From: a virus
Lineage: Duplodnaviria; Caudoviricetes
Strand: one strand, 5' to 3'
Virus record (IMG/VR): IMGVR_UViG_3300049198_000021
Location: 112,505 to 176,504 of that record
Length of the DNA: 64,000 nt
The notes under the pieces are model-generated. The model did not search any database, was not told where the DNA came from, and saw nothing but the letters and a program-made list of their open reading frames with translations. The position numbers and the translations under genes are program-made. This document shows, in pieces, positions 1 to 9,928 of this stretch (position 1 is its first letter; the number at the start of each line of letters is the position of its first letter).

Positions 1-3000
1 CGTGGTCAGGTCGGTCCTCTCGGAGGTCAGCTAGGTAATCTAGGCGGTCAAGCGCGTGGCGCTTCGCTCCAGATGATGGGCCTCCAGAACGCCTTTTCCG
101 GCACGTTCCAAGTTGGTTCTGTGCTGCGCTCGCTGCTGGGTTCGCTCACCATCGCAGAGCTTGGTCGTAGCTACTTCGAAGCAACCAACGGGGCTCTTGC
201 GTTCCAAGCACAGATGAGTGTCATCAGCAAGGAAGCTGGTTTCGCTAACGCTCAGCTTACCTATGTCAACGAGACTGCCAACAAGTTCGGGATCGACTCG
301 CTGGCGGCCGCACAAGGCTTTGCCAAGGTCTCTATCGCAGCCCACAAGTCGGGCCTGTCGGTTATGGACACGCGTCACGTCTTCGAAGGCTTCTCGACTT
401 CCATGGCCGTTCTGGGAACGACCACAGCAGGCCAGCAGGATGTCTGGCTCGCCCTGCAACAGGTCATGAACAAGGGCTACCTGTCGGCCGAAGAACTCAA
501 CCAGCAGCTTAACGAAAAGCTGCCGGGTGCGATGGCTTACGCCACCGAATATGCAAACAGCCTCGGCCTGTCGCTCGAAAAGGGTTTGAAGACTAAGGCT
601 CTGGATGCTGCCGGTGTTCTGGCTCACATCTCCAAGCGAATGAAGGAAGACTTCGGCCCGGCTGTCGAAGAAGCATTGAAGCGCCCTCAGAATCAGATGA
701 CGATTCTGCGGAACAACTTCCGCACCTTGTTCCAAGCCATTGGTGAAGCAGGCGGCAACGAGGCATTCGCAAGCCTGCTTAGCAACATCAACGACAAGAT
801 GACTCCAGAAGCCATCCAGCGTTATGCGCAAGCCCTTGCTGTTGGGCTCAAGCGGGCTGTGGATAGCGTCTCGGCGGCGTTCAACTGGCTTTATGAAAAC
901 TGGGATTCGATCAAAGGACCGCTGGCAACTACGCTGAGCCTGATCGGCAAGTTCATGATCGTGTCCTCGGCTCTTCAAATCGGTAACTTCATCGTAGCTC
1001 CGATGATCGCAGCAGGGCGAGCAGCACTTTTCGCTGCCCCGTTGATCATGCAGTTGGTCTACGCGAGCCGGGCTCTGGCAGCTACGAACCTTGCCGCTTA
1101 TTATGCTCAACTCGCCCTGATCACCAACCCTCGCGTCGTTGCTGGCGTGCAAGCACTGTCTGTTGCGATGGGGCGTCTCGGTGCAACTCGGATCGGGGCA
1201 GCCGCACTGAGCGGACTGGCCCGTGTTCCCGGATTGGCTCGTGCTGCCACCGTGGCTACCACAGGACTGGCAGCCGCTATCGGCGTCGGTCTGTCCGCCG
1301 CGTGGGGAATTGCTACCCAAGCCGCCGAGGATTCCACCGGTAAGACCATTCAGATCAACTACACTGCCGGTGAGATCATCTCGGGCATCTGGCAGACCAT
1401 GACTGAGTGGATCAGCGAGAAGTGGGACATCGCGATGACCTACGTCGATGCGGCTGCTAAGTGGCTGGGCGACCAGTTGGCGTTCAAGGTCGAAGGCATC
1501 GGCTCGATGTTCGCAAAGCTTGGCTTCGGCATTTACTATGCACTGACCAAGGCACTTGAAGGTGTCATGCGGGCCGCTATCGGCTTTGCGGCCGGTATGT
1601 ATCGCACTATCTCCAGCATTGGTGGGGCGCTTTCCGACCTCTTAGATGGTAACTTCTCAGGAGCAGCGGCGAAAGCTAAGGGCGCTGTTCTGGGTGAAGA
1701 CATGATGGCCGGCTTCAAGGGTGCATTCGGTGGAATGCAGTTGGGCGGCGCTGACTTTGAGGCTCAGTATGCTAAGGTCGGGCGCGGCGCTGGTGTCGTC
1801 GCTGATTGGATGAACAGCATGGGAGCTAAGGGCCGTGGCCCAGCAGCCCCGGCTAAGCCGACTCGTGCTGAAATGGATGCTGCCCAGATCGCGGCAATGC
1901 TGGGTCAACCACAGGCAACCGTCCCGGAAGAAGGTAAGGGCGGCGGCAGCGGCGGTAAGAAGGGTGGCGCGGCAGGCGACTTCGAACGAGACGCTAAGCG
2001 CGTTGAAGGCGCTGTTGACAGCCTCATGCAGAAGCTCCTCGAAAACGACCCGATCAAGGAGCTTAATCAGGAATATATTGAAACCCTGACGAAGCAGGCT
2101 CACACCCTGTTGAATGCTGATGGTTACAAGCAGTTCATTACGACACTCAAGTCTGAAAGCCAGCAAGGAAAGCTGTCTGTTGAGTCGTTAATCAGCGCCA
2201 TGAGCGATCCAAAGAACTTGGATTCCAAGGCGATCGAAGACCTTGCGGCTCGCTATGACGTTAGTGTTTCGCAGATCATCAGCCTTGCCCGCGAACAACA
2301 GACCGCGTTTGAGGAAATGAAAAAAGAAGCTGTCATCAAGCAGCTTGATAAAGATTTCCGGGGCCTTGCCAAGGGCATGGAACTGGTAGGGGATTCTGTG
2401 CCTGAAATCGCCGAGATGAAGGCGAACATTGATGACCTCACTGGCCTCGCCCGTCTTATCATGCCGGCCGATGAAGGTTTTGCCAAGTTCCTTACAGACG
2501 TGCGGACCGGGGCGATCTCGGCTGCCGACGCATTGGCGAAGCTGCGTGCGATCATGGCTGATCCGGCTCAGATGTCGGCTGAGGCTCGTCAGTTCTTGGC
2601 AAACTCGCCGACCAGTGGGGACGAGATCGCAGACGCCACAGCACGGAAGCTTGAAGCTTCTAAGGACGCAACCCGCGAAGCCAAGCTCGATCTTGAGTTT
2701 GGTGGCCGTCTGCTATCGCAGCGGAGCAATGAAATCAAGCTTCTGCAAATGTCTTCGCAGGAAGCAGAAGTTTACACCACCGTTATGGAGGAAGTGAACC
2801 GGGTCCGTGCCAAGGGTGTGATCGTCTCGCAGGAGCAGATCAACGGCTTGATGGGAGAAGTGCGGGCCCAGCAGCAGCTTGCGAATCAGATGCAGCGGAA
2901 CAAGGAGTTCTTCGAGAACAACGGCGTTCGCGGCTACATCAACGACATCAAGAGTGTCGGTGAGTCGATCAACGAACTGGATAAGAACGTCCTCCAGTCT

Positions 3001-3936
3001 CTGGAAGACCAATTGTTCAGTCTCGGGACCACCGGTAAGTTCAGCTTCCAAGCGATCTTCGACACCCTGCAACAGGGCTTGATCCGTTTCGCTTCGCAGA
3101 ACATCCTCAAGGAAGGTCTGGGTAAGCTCTTCGGTGGTGAACTGGAAGGTGGAACGCCGAGTCTTCTGGGCGGGCTGTTCAAGGCTTTCGGGATCGAACA
3201 TGCGGCAGGAACGACGAACCCTCTGGGATCATCGTTTACGAATCCGATGCACGTTGTCATCGATCCAACAACCGGAAACTTACTCTCCGGACTGGGAACA
3301 GTCAAGGTAGGGGAAGGGACTCCTGAGGAGCTAGTCGGGGCCGCTACGGATACCTTGACGAATGGTCTCCGGGAAGCTGGTAACCTCCTCAAGCTCGACC
3401 TTTCACAGGCTGGTAAGGGCCTTGCAGGGGCTCTCTCGCAGTTCATGAGCGGTATGGCTGGCGGCGGCGGCGGCGGCGGCGGCCTGTTAGGCGGCTTGCT
3501 TAACCTCGGCATGGGTCTTCTAGGCGGCGGCGCTGGTGGCATCACCGGTAGTGTGGTCTCCAGCCTGTCGGGCAGCGCGGCGGCTACGATCGCGGCAAAT
3601 CCGGGCATCTTCAAGGAAGGTGGTTTCCCCGGCTCCCCGGTGGCACGCACTTCGGTTCATCCGTCGGCGTTCACGAATGCTCCGCACTATGCGGAAGGCA
3701 CTCCGAATACCAGCGGTGGTCACCCAGCCATCCTGCATGACAACGAAGCGGTGATCCCGCTCAGCCGTGGCCGCAAGGTTGCTGTTGAGATGAACGGGGG
3801 AAGCCGTGGGCAGACGATCAACAACAACTTCATGATCTCTAGCCCCGATGCGAACTCGTTCCGCAAGAGCGAAACACAGATCGCGACCAAGATGCACATG
3901 CAGGCAGGTCGAGCCTTCCGCCGCAACCACGGCTAA
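1..3936 (+). CDS. Tail tape measure protein (5' end upstream of window)
   Basis: Frame is open from base 1. Ala/Gly-rich helical protein of more than 1287 aa with tape-measure motifs (QQVMNKGYLSAEELNQQLNEKLPGA) and a C-terminal FKEGG...HYAEG...PAILHDNEAVIPL motif. Lies upstream of GTA-like tail-tip genes. Confidence 0.92.
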   Translation, partial: RGQVGPLGGQLGNLGGQARGASLQMMGLQNAFSGTFQVGSVLRSLLGSLTIAELGRSYFEATNGALAFQAQMSVISKEAGFANAQLTYVNETANKFGIDSLAAAQGFAKVSIAAHKSGLSVMDTRHVFEGFSTSMAVLGTTTAGQQDVWLALQQVMNKGYLSAEELNQQLNEKLPGAMAYATEYANSLGLSLEKGLKTKALDAAGVLAHISKRMKEDFGPAVEEALKRPQNQMTILRNNFRTLFQAIGEAGGNEAFASLLSNINDKMTPEAIQRYAQALAVGLKRAVDSVSAAFNWLYENWDSIKGPLATTLSLIGKFMIVSSALQIGNFIVAPMIAAGRAALFAAPLIMQLVYASRALAATNLAAYYAQLALITNPRVVAGVQALSVAMGRLGATRIGAAALSGLARVPGLARAATVATTGLAAAIGVGLSAAWGIATQAAEDSTGKTIQINYTAGEIISGIWQTMTEWISEKWDIAMTYVDAAAKWLGDQLAFKVEGIGSMFAKLGFGIYYALTKALEGVMRAAIGFAAGMYRTISSIGGALSDLLDGNFSGAAAKAKGAVLGEDMMAGFKGAFGGMQLGGADFEAQYAKVGRGAGVVADWMNSMGAKGRGPAAPAKPTRAEMDAAQIAAMLGQPQATVPEEGKGGGSGGKKGGAAGDFERDAKRVEGAVDSLMQKLLENDPIKELNQEYIETLTKQAHTLLNADGYKQFITTLKSESQQGKLSVESLISAMSDPKNLDSKAIEDLAARYDVSVSQIISLAREQQTAFEEMKKEAVIKQLDKDFRGLAKGMELVGDSVPEIAEMKANIDDLTGLARLIMPADEGFAKFLTDVRTGAISAADALAKLRAIMADPAQMSAEARQFLANSPTSGDEIADATARKLEASKDATREAKLDLEFGGRLLSQRSNEIKLLQMSSQEAEVYTTVMEEVNRVRAKGVIVSQEQINGLMGEVRAQQQLANQMQRNKEFFENNGVRGYINDIKSVGESINELDKNVLQSLEDQLFSLGTTGKFSFQAIFDTLQQGLIRFASQNILKEGLGKLFGGELEGGTPSLLGGLFKAFGIEHAAGTTNPLGSSFTNPMHVVIDPTTGNLLSGLGTVKVGEGTPEELVGAATDTLTNGLREAGNLLKLDLSQAGKGLAGALSQFMSGMAGGGGGGGGLLGGLLNLGMGLLGGGAGGITGSVVSSLSGSAAATIAANPGIFKEGGFPGSPVARTSVHPSAFTNAPHYAEGTPNTSGGHPAILHDNEAVIPLSRGRKVAVEMNGGSRGQTINNNFMISSPDANSFRKSETQIATKMHMQAGRAFRRNHG

Positions 3937-3943
3937 TTTTCCC

Positions 3944-3982
3944 TTGACAGTCACCGCTATTTTGAATAGACGGTGACTGTCA
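3944..3982 (+). promoter_or_regulatory. Promoter-like TTGACA element embedded in a 17-bp inverted repeat
   Basis: TTGACA at 3944-3949. TGACAGTCACCGCTATT-TTG-AATAG(A)CGGTGACTGTCA forms a hairpin. Spacer resembles the CACCGCCATT promoter family. Confidence 0.55.
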
Positions 3983-3994
3983 GAAGGACCCCCT

Positions 3995-4597
3995 ATGGAA
4001 ATTGCAAACTTTCACGATGTCCGCTTCCCGGAGGACATTAGCTATGGCTCGTCTGGTGGGCCGGGCTTCAACACCAGCGTCATCGATCTGGCATCCGGCC
4101 ACGAACAGCGGAACATCAACTGGTCGTTGGCGCGGGCCAAATACGACGCTTCCTACGGTGTCAAGACCCGAGAGCAAATGGAGGAAGTCCTTGACTTCTT
4201 CTACGCTCGGCGCGGTAAGGCATTCGGTTTCCGCTTCAAGGATTGGATGGACTTCGTTCTTGAGCGTCAATCGATCGGCGCCGCTGGCGGGACCAACACC
4301 TTGCAAGTGTTCAAGCGCTATGAACCCCTGACCAGCTACTTCTACGACCGTCCGATCTTGAAGATCGTGCCGGGAACCGTTCAGGTCTGGACGAATGGAG
4401 TCGAACGCTCACCCCTGTTGGTCAACACGGGCACCGGTCTTGTAAACACGACCGGATATGCGGGCCAGACTATCGAAGTGGCTTGCGAGTTCGATGTCCC
4501 GGTCCGCTTTGACACCGACGAAATCAACATCACCCACGACGACTGGGAACTGATGTCGTGGCCCTCCATCCCCCTCATCGAACTGCGTCCGCGATAA
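3995..4597 (+). CDS. GTA-like distal tail protein (DUF2460/TIGR02217 type)
   Basis: FHDVRFPEDISYGSSGGPGFNT...GHEQRNINW...FRFKDWMDF...FDVPVRFDTD signature; directly after tape measure. Confidence 0.9.
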   Translation: MEIANFHDVRFPEDISYGSSGGPGFNTSVIDLASGHEQRNINWSLARAKYDASYGVKTREQMEEVLDFFYARRGKAFGFRFKDWMDFVLERQSIGAAGGTNTLQVFKRYEPLTSYFYDRPILKIVPGTVQVWTNGVERSPLLVNTGTGLVNTTGYAGQTIEVACEFDVPVRFDTDEINITHDDWELMSWPSIPLIELRPR

Positions 4598-4600
4598 GCC

Positions 4601-5455
4601 ATGAAGTCTATCAGCATTGAACTTTCAAACCATCTGGATGGCGAGGTCACCACCTTGGCGTCATGCTGGCGCGTTGTTCGGCGCGACGGCCGGGAGTTCT
4701 TCTTCACCGATCACGACCAAGACATCGTTTTCGAAGGAGACACCTACGAAGCGGAATCGAGCTACGACCGGACGGCCGTAGCAAACGGCTCAGACATGAG
4801 CGTCGATAACATGGATGTTTCCGGTATTCTCGATTCCGAGAAGATCAGTGAAGAGGACATGCGAAACGGTTTGTTCAATCGGGCCGATGTCTATATCTTC
4901 ATCGTCAACTGGCAACACCCAGAATATGGGCCGCTCAAGGTCCGGCGTGGTTGGTTTGGTGAGGTCACAATCACTGACACCGGGATGTTCACGACTGAAA
5001 TTCGCGGCCTTGCTCAAGCGCTTTCGCACAACTTCATTGAGGTCTATGCGGCGGAGTGTCGGGCTGACTTTGGTGATTTCCGCTGCAAGCTGAATATCGC
5101 TGATTACGAAATCCCGACCACTGTTTTGGTAGCATTTCAACGCGACTCTTTCGTCCTCCCCGTCGATTTTGTCCCACCGTCGCAGGGCCTCGCGCCGGGC
5201 ACTGTCCGCTTCGTTGACGGCCCGAACGCCGGCCGAACGGTCGAGATTACCGGATACAACCCCACAACGCGAACGGTCGAACTGTTTGAAAGCGTGGGCT
5301 ACGAAATCACCACCGGGACTCAGATCGTTGTTGCCCCCGGATGCGACGGTTCGCTTGAGCGGTGCAAGCTCTACAACAATGTCATCAACCGCCGTGCCGA
5401 GGATTACGTTCCCGGAAACGACGAACTCATGAAGTATCCCGATGCCCAACAGTGA
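4601..5455 (+). CDS. GTA-like baseplate hub protein (DUF2163/BR0599 type)
   Basis: TTLASCWRVVRRDG..FFTDHDQD N-terminus, CRADFGDFRC and GCDGSLERC cysteine motifs. Confidence 0.9.
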   Translation: MKSISIELSNHLDGEVTTLASCWRVVRRDGREFFFTDHDQDIVFEGDTYEAESSYDRTAVANGSDMSVDNMDVSGILDSEKISEEDMRNGLFNRADVYIFIVNWQHPEYGPLKVRRGWFGEVTITDTGMFTTEIRGLAQALSHNFIEVYAAECRADFGDFRCKLNIADYEIPTTVLVAFQRDSFVLPVDFVPPSQGLAPGTVRFVDGPNAGRTVEITGYNPTTRTVELFESVGYEITTGTQIVVAPGCDGSLERCKLYNNVINRRAEDYVPGNDELMKYPDAQQ

Positions 5456-5858
5456 TGACTTCATCGCAGCAGCCCGTTCTTATATGGGGGTGCGTTGGCG
5501 GCATCAGGGACGCAACCGGCTAGGGGTTGATTGTGTCGGCCTCGTGCTTTGCAGCCTGTCTGATATTGGTATCCCCGCACCGGACATGCAAGGCTACCGA
5601 CGGACGCCTGACCCGATCTTCGTCGAACACATTCGAAACAATTCGCTACCAGCCGAAGGCACACAGCCGGGAACCCTCGGAATTTTCCGAGACGGAACCC
5701 AGCCATGTCACGTAGGTATCTTTGCAACTATGCATGGACAAACTTCCTTGATCCACGCCTACGCAGGCACAGGGATCGTCATGGAAGAAGTCTTCATCCA
5801 CGATTGGCCGAAAAAGCTAGTCGAGGTCCGCGCATTCAAGGGACTTGAATACATCTAA
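5442..5858 (+). CDS. NlpC/P60 family tail-associated peptidase
   Basis: ARSYMGVRWRHQGR..GVDCVGLV catalytic Cys, HVGI and IHAY His motifs; canonical position in GTA-like tail module. Confidence 0.9.
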   Translation: MPNSDDFIAAARSYMGVRWRHQGRNRLGVDCVGLVLCSLSDIGIPAPDMQGYRRTPDPIFVEHIRNNSLPAEGTQPGTLGIFRDGTQPCHVGIFATMHGQTSLIHAYAGTGIVMEEVFIHDWPKKLVEVRAFKGLEYI

Positions 5859-8800
5859 TGGGACAACTCGCGACCACCATCGTCGGCGGCGTCGTCGGCT
5901 TCGCGATCGGCGGGCCCTTCGGGGCTCAGGTCGGGATGATGCTTGGCGGCATGATCGGTGCCACGCTGTTTGGTCCGACCGTTCACGGCCCGCGTCTGAA
6001 TGATCTCAAGGTCACAGCCTCGACCTACGGTGTTGCGATCCCTGAAATTTACGGGACCGTCCGGGTGGGTGGAAACATGATCTGGACCAGCGGCATTAAG
6101 GAGACCAAGAAGTCTTCACGCCCCGGTAAAGGCGGCCCGAAGCAAACGACCTATTCCTACGACGCCACTTTTGCTATGGCGTTGTGTAAGGGAGAGGTCG
6201 AAGAAATTCTTCGCATCTGGGCCGATAGCAAAATCATCTACGATAAGACTGGTGGAACGACTCGGGCACCGGCCCCCGCCGGCAGCGACGGCGTTTTCCA
6301 AACCTTGTTCTTGGAAATTCTTACCACCAAGAAGAAGAAGAAGACAATCAATGTCAGGCTTTATCGAGGCGACGAAAACCAACTCCCGGACTCTCTGATC
6401 GAAGCAGATAAGGGAGTGGGGAACGTTTCGGCTCACCGTGGGCTTTCTTATGTTGTGTTCGAGCGGTTGCAGTTGGAGAACTTCGGTAACCGCATCCCTC
6501 AAATGACCTTCGAAGTCACCAAGGCCCGGACCCGTGGTCTGGCGGCCTTACCCGTGCGTGACCGTAGTGGGGTCATCGAGAACACAGCGAACCGAGACTG
6601 GCTACCTGACTTCGCGTCGGGCCGGTTGCTCAGCTTTGATCGCAGTGGCGACGGCACCAAACTCTACAATATGGCGGACAACACGCTGATTGCAGAGGAC
6701 GAGACCATGAATTTTGATCTGACCGATAAGTCCTACAGTCTTATCGAAGGTCAGAACGCCTTACTGGTTGCCAATTTCCCAGCCGGCGTCGGTTTTTCCT
6801 ACTACAACACCGGTATTCTGACCAAGATCAACGAATACAACACGGCCAGCGGGACAACCAACATCTGGGACCCGGTGGCTAAGGAAATCACACTAGCTAC
6901 AAACGGAAAGATCGGACACGGACGGTTTGTCTCGGGTGTTTCAGGCAGCGTGCATGTCGTCCATACCGATGTGACCGGCACAACCTTCTTGATGGACAGT
7001 GAAGGGCGTCTCCTTAATGAGTTCGATGCCCCTTTCCAACCTGATGTTTTCCTAGAAGGACGACGCGACGCGTCAAACTCCCAGATCATCGGGTGGCGGT
7101 TTGCCAATGATCAACTCGAAATGTTCGAGGTCAAGACCGATTCGTCGGCGATCTATACGACGATCTTGGAAGCTGGCACTGAGACGTGGGTTCCCCAAAC
7201 TGACTTCGCAGTGAGAAGCATCAACCTTAAACCATACCCGGCTGAGAAATTCCAACCACTGGCTCTGGTTTATGACCCAACAGACGACCATTTCTTCTGT
7301 CTTGGTGTTGATCCAGATAAATACAATGACATCGACTCCTTCGGTAACGGGGGCGGAGTCATCGTATTCAAATACTCCTTGGAGACCAATTCCTACAAGT
7401 TCTTGGTGAAGCACGGCGGGACTCCCGTCCCTCGTGGTCTGACGCAAAACATGCGCGCCTCGCGTCTCGCTGGGGGCACGTTCGGGTGGATAGGTAAGCC
7501 AGCCGTCGGCGATCCAACGGTCAACCAAGTAAGCCTGCAAAATGGTAGTCTGGAAAACCTATTCGAAGCACAGGACGATTTCGGGTCTGGGCTCACAGGA
7601 GTCGGGGATCAGTATTGGGACGACGAGACGGACAGCATCTTCGCTGATCGTATCGTGGCCGGTGTAACTAACAGCTATCGCCTGCGAGTCAGCGATAGCA
7701 TAGCACAGGTAACGGTTCCGGCGATCGTTGAGGACATCTGCGTCCGGAGCGGCATCTTGGCGCTGGAAGACATCGACATCACAGAGTTGGATGCGTCACC
7801 ACTGGTGGGTTACTCCCTCGACCGAATGACAACTGCTCGGGATGCCTTGAAGCAGATGGCTACGGCGTTCCTCTTCGATGGCTATGAGAGCGATTACAAG
7901 CTCAAGTTCCGCTCGCGTGGTGGTGACACGATCGTCAACATCCCGGAAGACTGGATGGCCCGTGAAGGGGAAGATGGTGTCATCAAAGAGACCATCACGC
8001 AAGAGCTTGAGATGCCGGTCCGGATCAGCGTCAACTATTACGACATTGCCCGAGACCACCAGCAGAATAGCCAGACGGCGAAGCGCAAGGTTGCCCCCTA
8101 TCCGACCATGTGGACGGCCAAGGAAGACCTCATCGACCTGCCCATCACATGGGACGCGGACTCGGCCAAGCAGTGTGCGGACAAGCTGCTCAAGATGGCA
8201 TGGGCAAACCGTGTCGGACACCAGTTCAACTTACCGTGGCGTTATCTGAAATACGATCCGACGGATGTCATCACCATCACGATGGAAAATGAGACGACCT
8301 ACAACCTGCGCCTCACCGAAGCGAACATTGGGTCCAACTTCTCGATCGAAGCACAGGCGGTTAGCGAAGTCGCGACCGCTTATGTCTCGACCGCGACTGG
8401 TGCCCAAGCGCCGGCTCCCATCCAGACAGTTGAGGGTGATGGGACTGCCTTCCCGATCATCATGAATACGCCGTTGCTGCGTGATGTGGATTACGACACC
8501 ACCGGCTCTTCGATCTGCTATTTCTCGGCAGGGACCAACGAGATCAGCTTCAACGGAGCGGCGGTCTACATTGATGATGGTAGCGACTATCAGGCCGTGG
8601 GTGTCATCGATAACCAAACGACTACGGGATACGCTATTGATGCGCTCCCGAATACGAACAGCTACGAAGCCACTGACGAGACTACAGTCATTCGGGTGCG
8701 TTTGTCTGATCCAAGCATGGAGCTTGAATCGGTCACACAAGACGACATCCTGAACTTCGAAGCCAACTCGGCTTTGATCGGAAACGAGATCATCCAGTTC

Positions 8801-9460
8801 CGTGACGCAACCCTACTACCGACCGGTGAGTGGGCTCTGTCTGGTATTCTCCGCGCCCGGCGGGGCACGAACTATGCTGTGAAGGGACACCAACGAGGCG
8901 AGAACTTCCTGCTGGTCAACAGCCTCTCGACTGGTAAATTCTCCCGCCCGCCTGAGAGCTACGTCACTACCCGGTTGTTCAAGGCAGCCCCCCTGTCGGT
9001 CCCTCTGTCCGATGTGGTTCCGATTTCCGTGGACCTTATCCCGCGTGACCTTATGCCATACACCCCTGAGGCTGTTAAGGTGACCGACGACGCGACTGAT
9101 GTAGTCATAAGCGCCGAACGTCGTTCGCGTGTCACAGCGTCTCTCAGAGACGGTGTAAGCACCATTCACTACAAGGAAGGGGATATGCTCAGCGCCCGGA
9201 TCGAGACCAAGGTCTGGTTCGGAAAAGGATTGGCCGATGTCAACTCCGTCGGCGCGGCTGACCTGACACTGACGAGCTACCTCTTTGACGCGGCTGGGGT
9301 GGACATTCCGGTGGAAGCTACATTCCCTGTCGCTTCCATGGGAGCAGAAGATACGGTCCTGATCCAACTCGCTGAGATTGGCGAAGTGACGGGAACGCCC
9401 AAGTGGGTTCAAGCCACTCGCTACGGAACCGGACTGTGGGACCTTCTCGAATTGTATTGA
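5858..9460 (+). CDS. Tail tip / host-specificity protein (GTA g15-like), paralog 1
   Basis: GPRLNDLKV..STYG..IPEIYGTVRVGGNMIW, SAHRGLSYVVFE.LQLENFGNRIPQ, LRARRGT motifs; 1200 aa. Confidence 0.88.
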   Translation: MGQLATTIVGGVVGFAIGGPFGAQVGMMLGGMIGATLFGPTVHGPRLNDLKVTASTYGVAIPEIYGTVRVGGNMIWTSGIKETKKSSRPGKGGPKQTTYSYDATFAMALCKGEVEEILRIWADSKIIYDKTGGTTRAPAPAGSDGVFQTLFLEILTTKKKKKTINVRLYRGDENQLPDSLIEADKGVGNVSAHRGLSYVVFERLQLENFGNRIPQMTFEVTKARTRGLAALPVRDRSGVIENTANRDWLPDFASGRLLSFDRSGDGTKLYNMADNTLIAEDETMNFDLTDKSYSLIEGQNALLVANFPAGVGFSYYNTGILTKINEYNTASGTTNIWDPVAKEITLATNGKIGHGRFVSGVSGSVHVVHTDVTGTTFLMDSEGRLLNEFDAPFQPDVFLEGRRDASNSQIIGWRFANDQLEMFEVKTDSSAIYTTILEAGTETWVPQTDFAVRSINLKPYPAEKFQPLALVYDPTDDHFFCLGVDPDKYNDIDSFGNGGGVIVFKYSLETNSYKFLVKHGGTPVPRGLTQNMRASRLAGGTFGWIGKPAVGDPTVNQVSLQNGSLENLFEAQDDFGSGLTGVGDQYWDDETDSIFADRIVAGVTNSYRLRVSDSIAQVTVPAIVEDICVRSGILALEDIDITELDASPLVGYSLDRMTTARDALKQMATAFLFDGYESDYKLKFRSRGGDTIVNIPEDWMAREGEDGVIKETITQELEMPVRISVNYYDIARDHQQNSQTAKRKVAPYPTMWTAKEDLIDLPITWDADSAKQCADKLLKMAWANRVGHQFNLPWRYLKYDPTDVITITMENETTYNLRLTEANIGSNFSIEAQAVSEVATAYVSTATGAQAPAPIQTVEGDGTAFPIIMNTPLLRDVDYDTTGSSICYFSAGTNEISFNGAAVYIDDGSDYQAVGVIDNQTTTGYAIDALPNTNSYEATDETTVIRVRLSDPSMELESVTQDDILNFEANSALIGNEIIQFRDATLLPTGEWALSGILRARRGTNYAVKGHQRGENFLLVNSLSTGKFSRPPESYVTTRLFKAAPLSVPLSDVVPISVDLIPRDLMPYTPEAVKVTDDATDVVISAERRSRVTASLRDGVSTIHYKEGDMLSARIETKVWFGKGLADVNSVGAADLTLTSYLFDAAGVDIPVEATFPVASMGAEDTVLIQLAEIGEVTGTPKWVQATRYGTGLWDLLELY

Positions 9461-9485
9461 CAACCACCGCCATTTTCCCTATACA
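9457..9485 (+). promoter_or_regulatory. Sigma70-like promoter with conserved CACCGCCATT spacer
   Basis: TTGACA-N17-TATACA; near-identical copies at 13486 and 22130. Confidence 0.7.
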
Positions 9486-9507
9486 CTCTCCTCATTTAGG
9501 ATAGCCG

Positions 9508-9909
9508 ATGCCCAACACACCGCTCCTCAATATCCCGCAGGTTTCAGGCTCCCAGAACAACAAAGAAATCACGATTAACGATGCCGTTCTCGCGTTGGAA
9601 AACGCGATGAGCGCGAACCTCGTGGTTTCCTTGGCGAGCAGCAGCGACGTTACGCTGACCCAAACCCAAGCTACCCGTAACTTCATCTACACCGCCACTG
9701 GCGCAACAGTGGCAAGCATTCTGCGCTTCCCGAACACAATCGGTGCGGTCAACTTCAATCGGGTCATCTGTGTCCGCAACACCAGTGGAGCCCTGCTGAC
9801 TGTGCAATTCGCAACCGGTGCCGGAGCCTCTGTCGAAATCCCAGACGGACAGGCTCGATTGATTCTGGCTATCAACGGGCTGGACATGATTGCGGTTTCC
9901 GCTCCTTAA
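9508..9909 (+). CDS. Small tail protein; stand-alone copy of the N-terminal domain of the 13539 fibre
   Basis: MPNTPLLNIPQVSGSQNNKEITINDA.ALENA aligns over about 130 aa with MPTTPILGITQVSTSQNGKETTINDA.ALENA. Confidence 0.75.
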   Translation: MPNTPLLNIPQVSGSQNNKEITINDAVLALENAMSANLVVSLASSSDVTLTQTQATRNFIYTATGATVASILRFPNTIGAVNFNRVICVRNTSGALLTVQFATGAGASVEIPDGQARLILAINGLDMIAVSAP

Positions 9910-9928
9910 TATCAGATAGTCAAAACTC

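Noticed and set aside
40-1320. Long antisense ORFs (also 15357-16565, 30926-32143, 39258-40496, 48786-50108)
   Set aside because: Shadows of high-GC coding genes on the opposite strand; no recognisable motifs.
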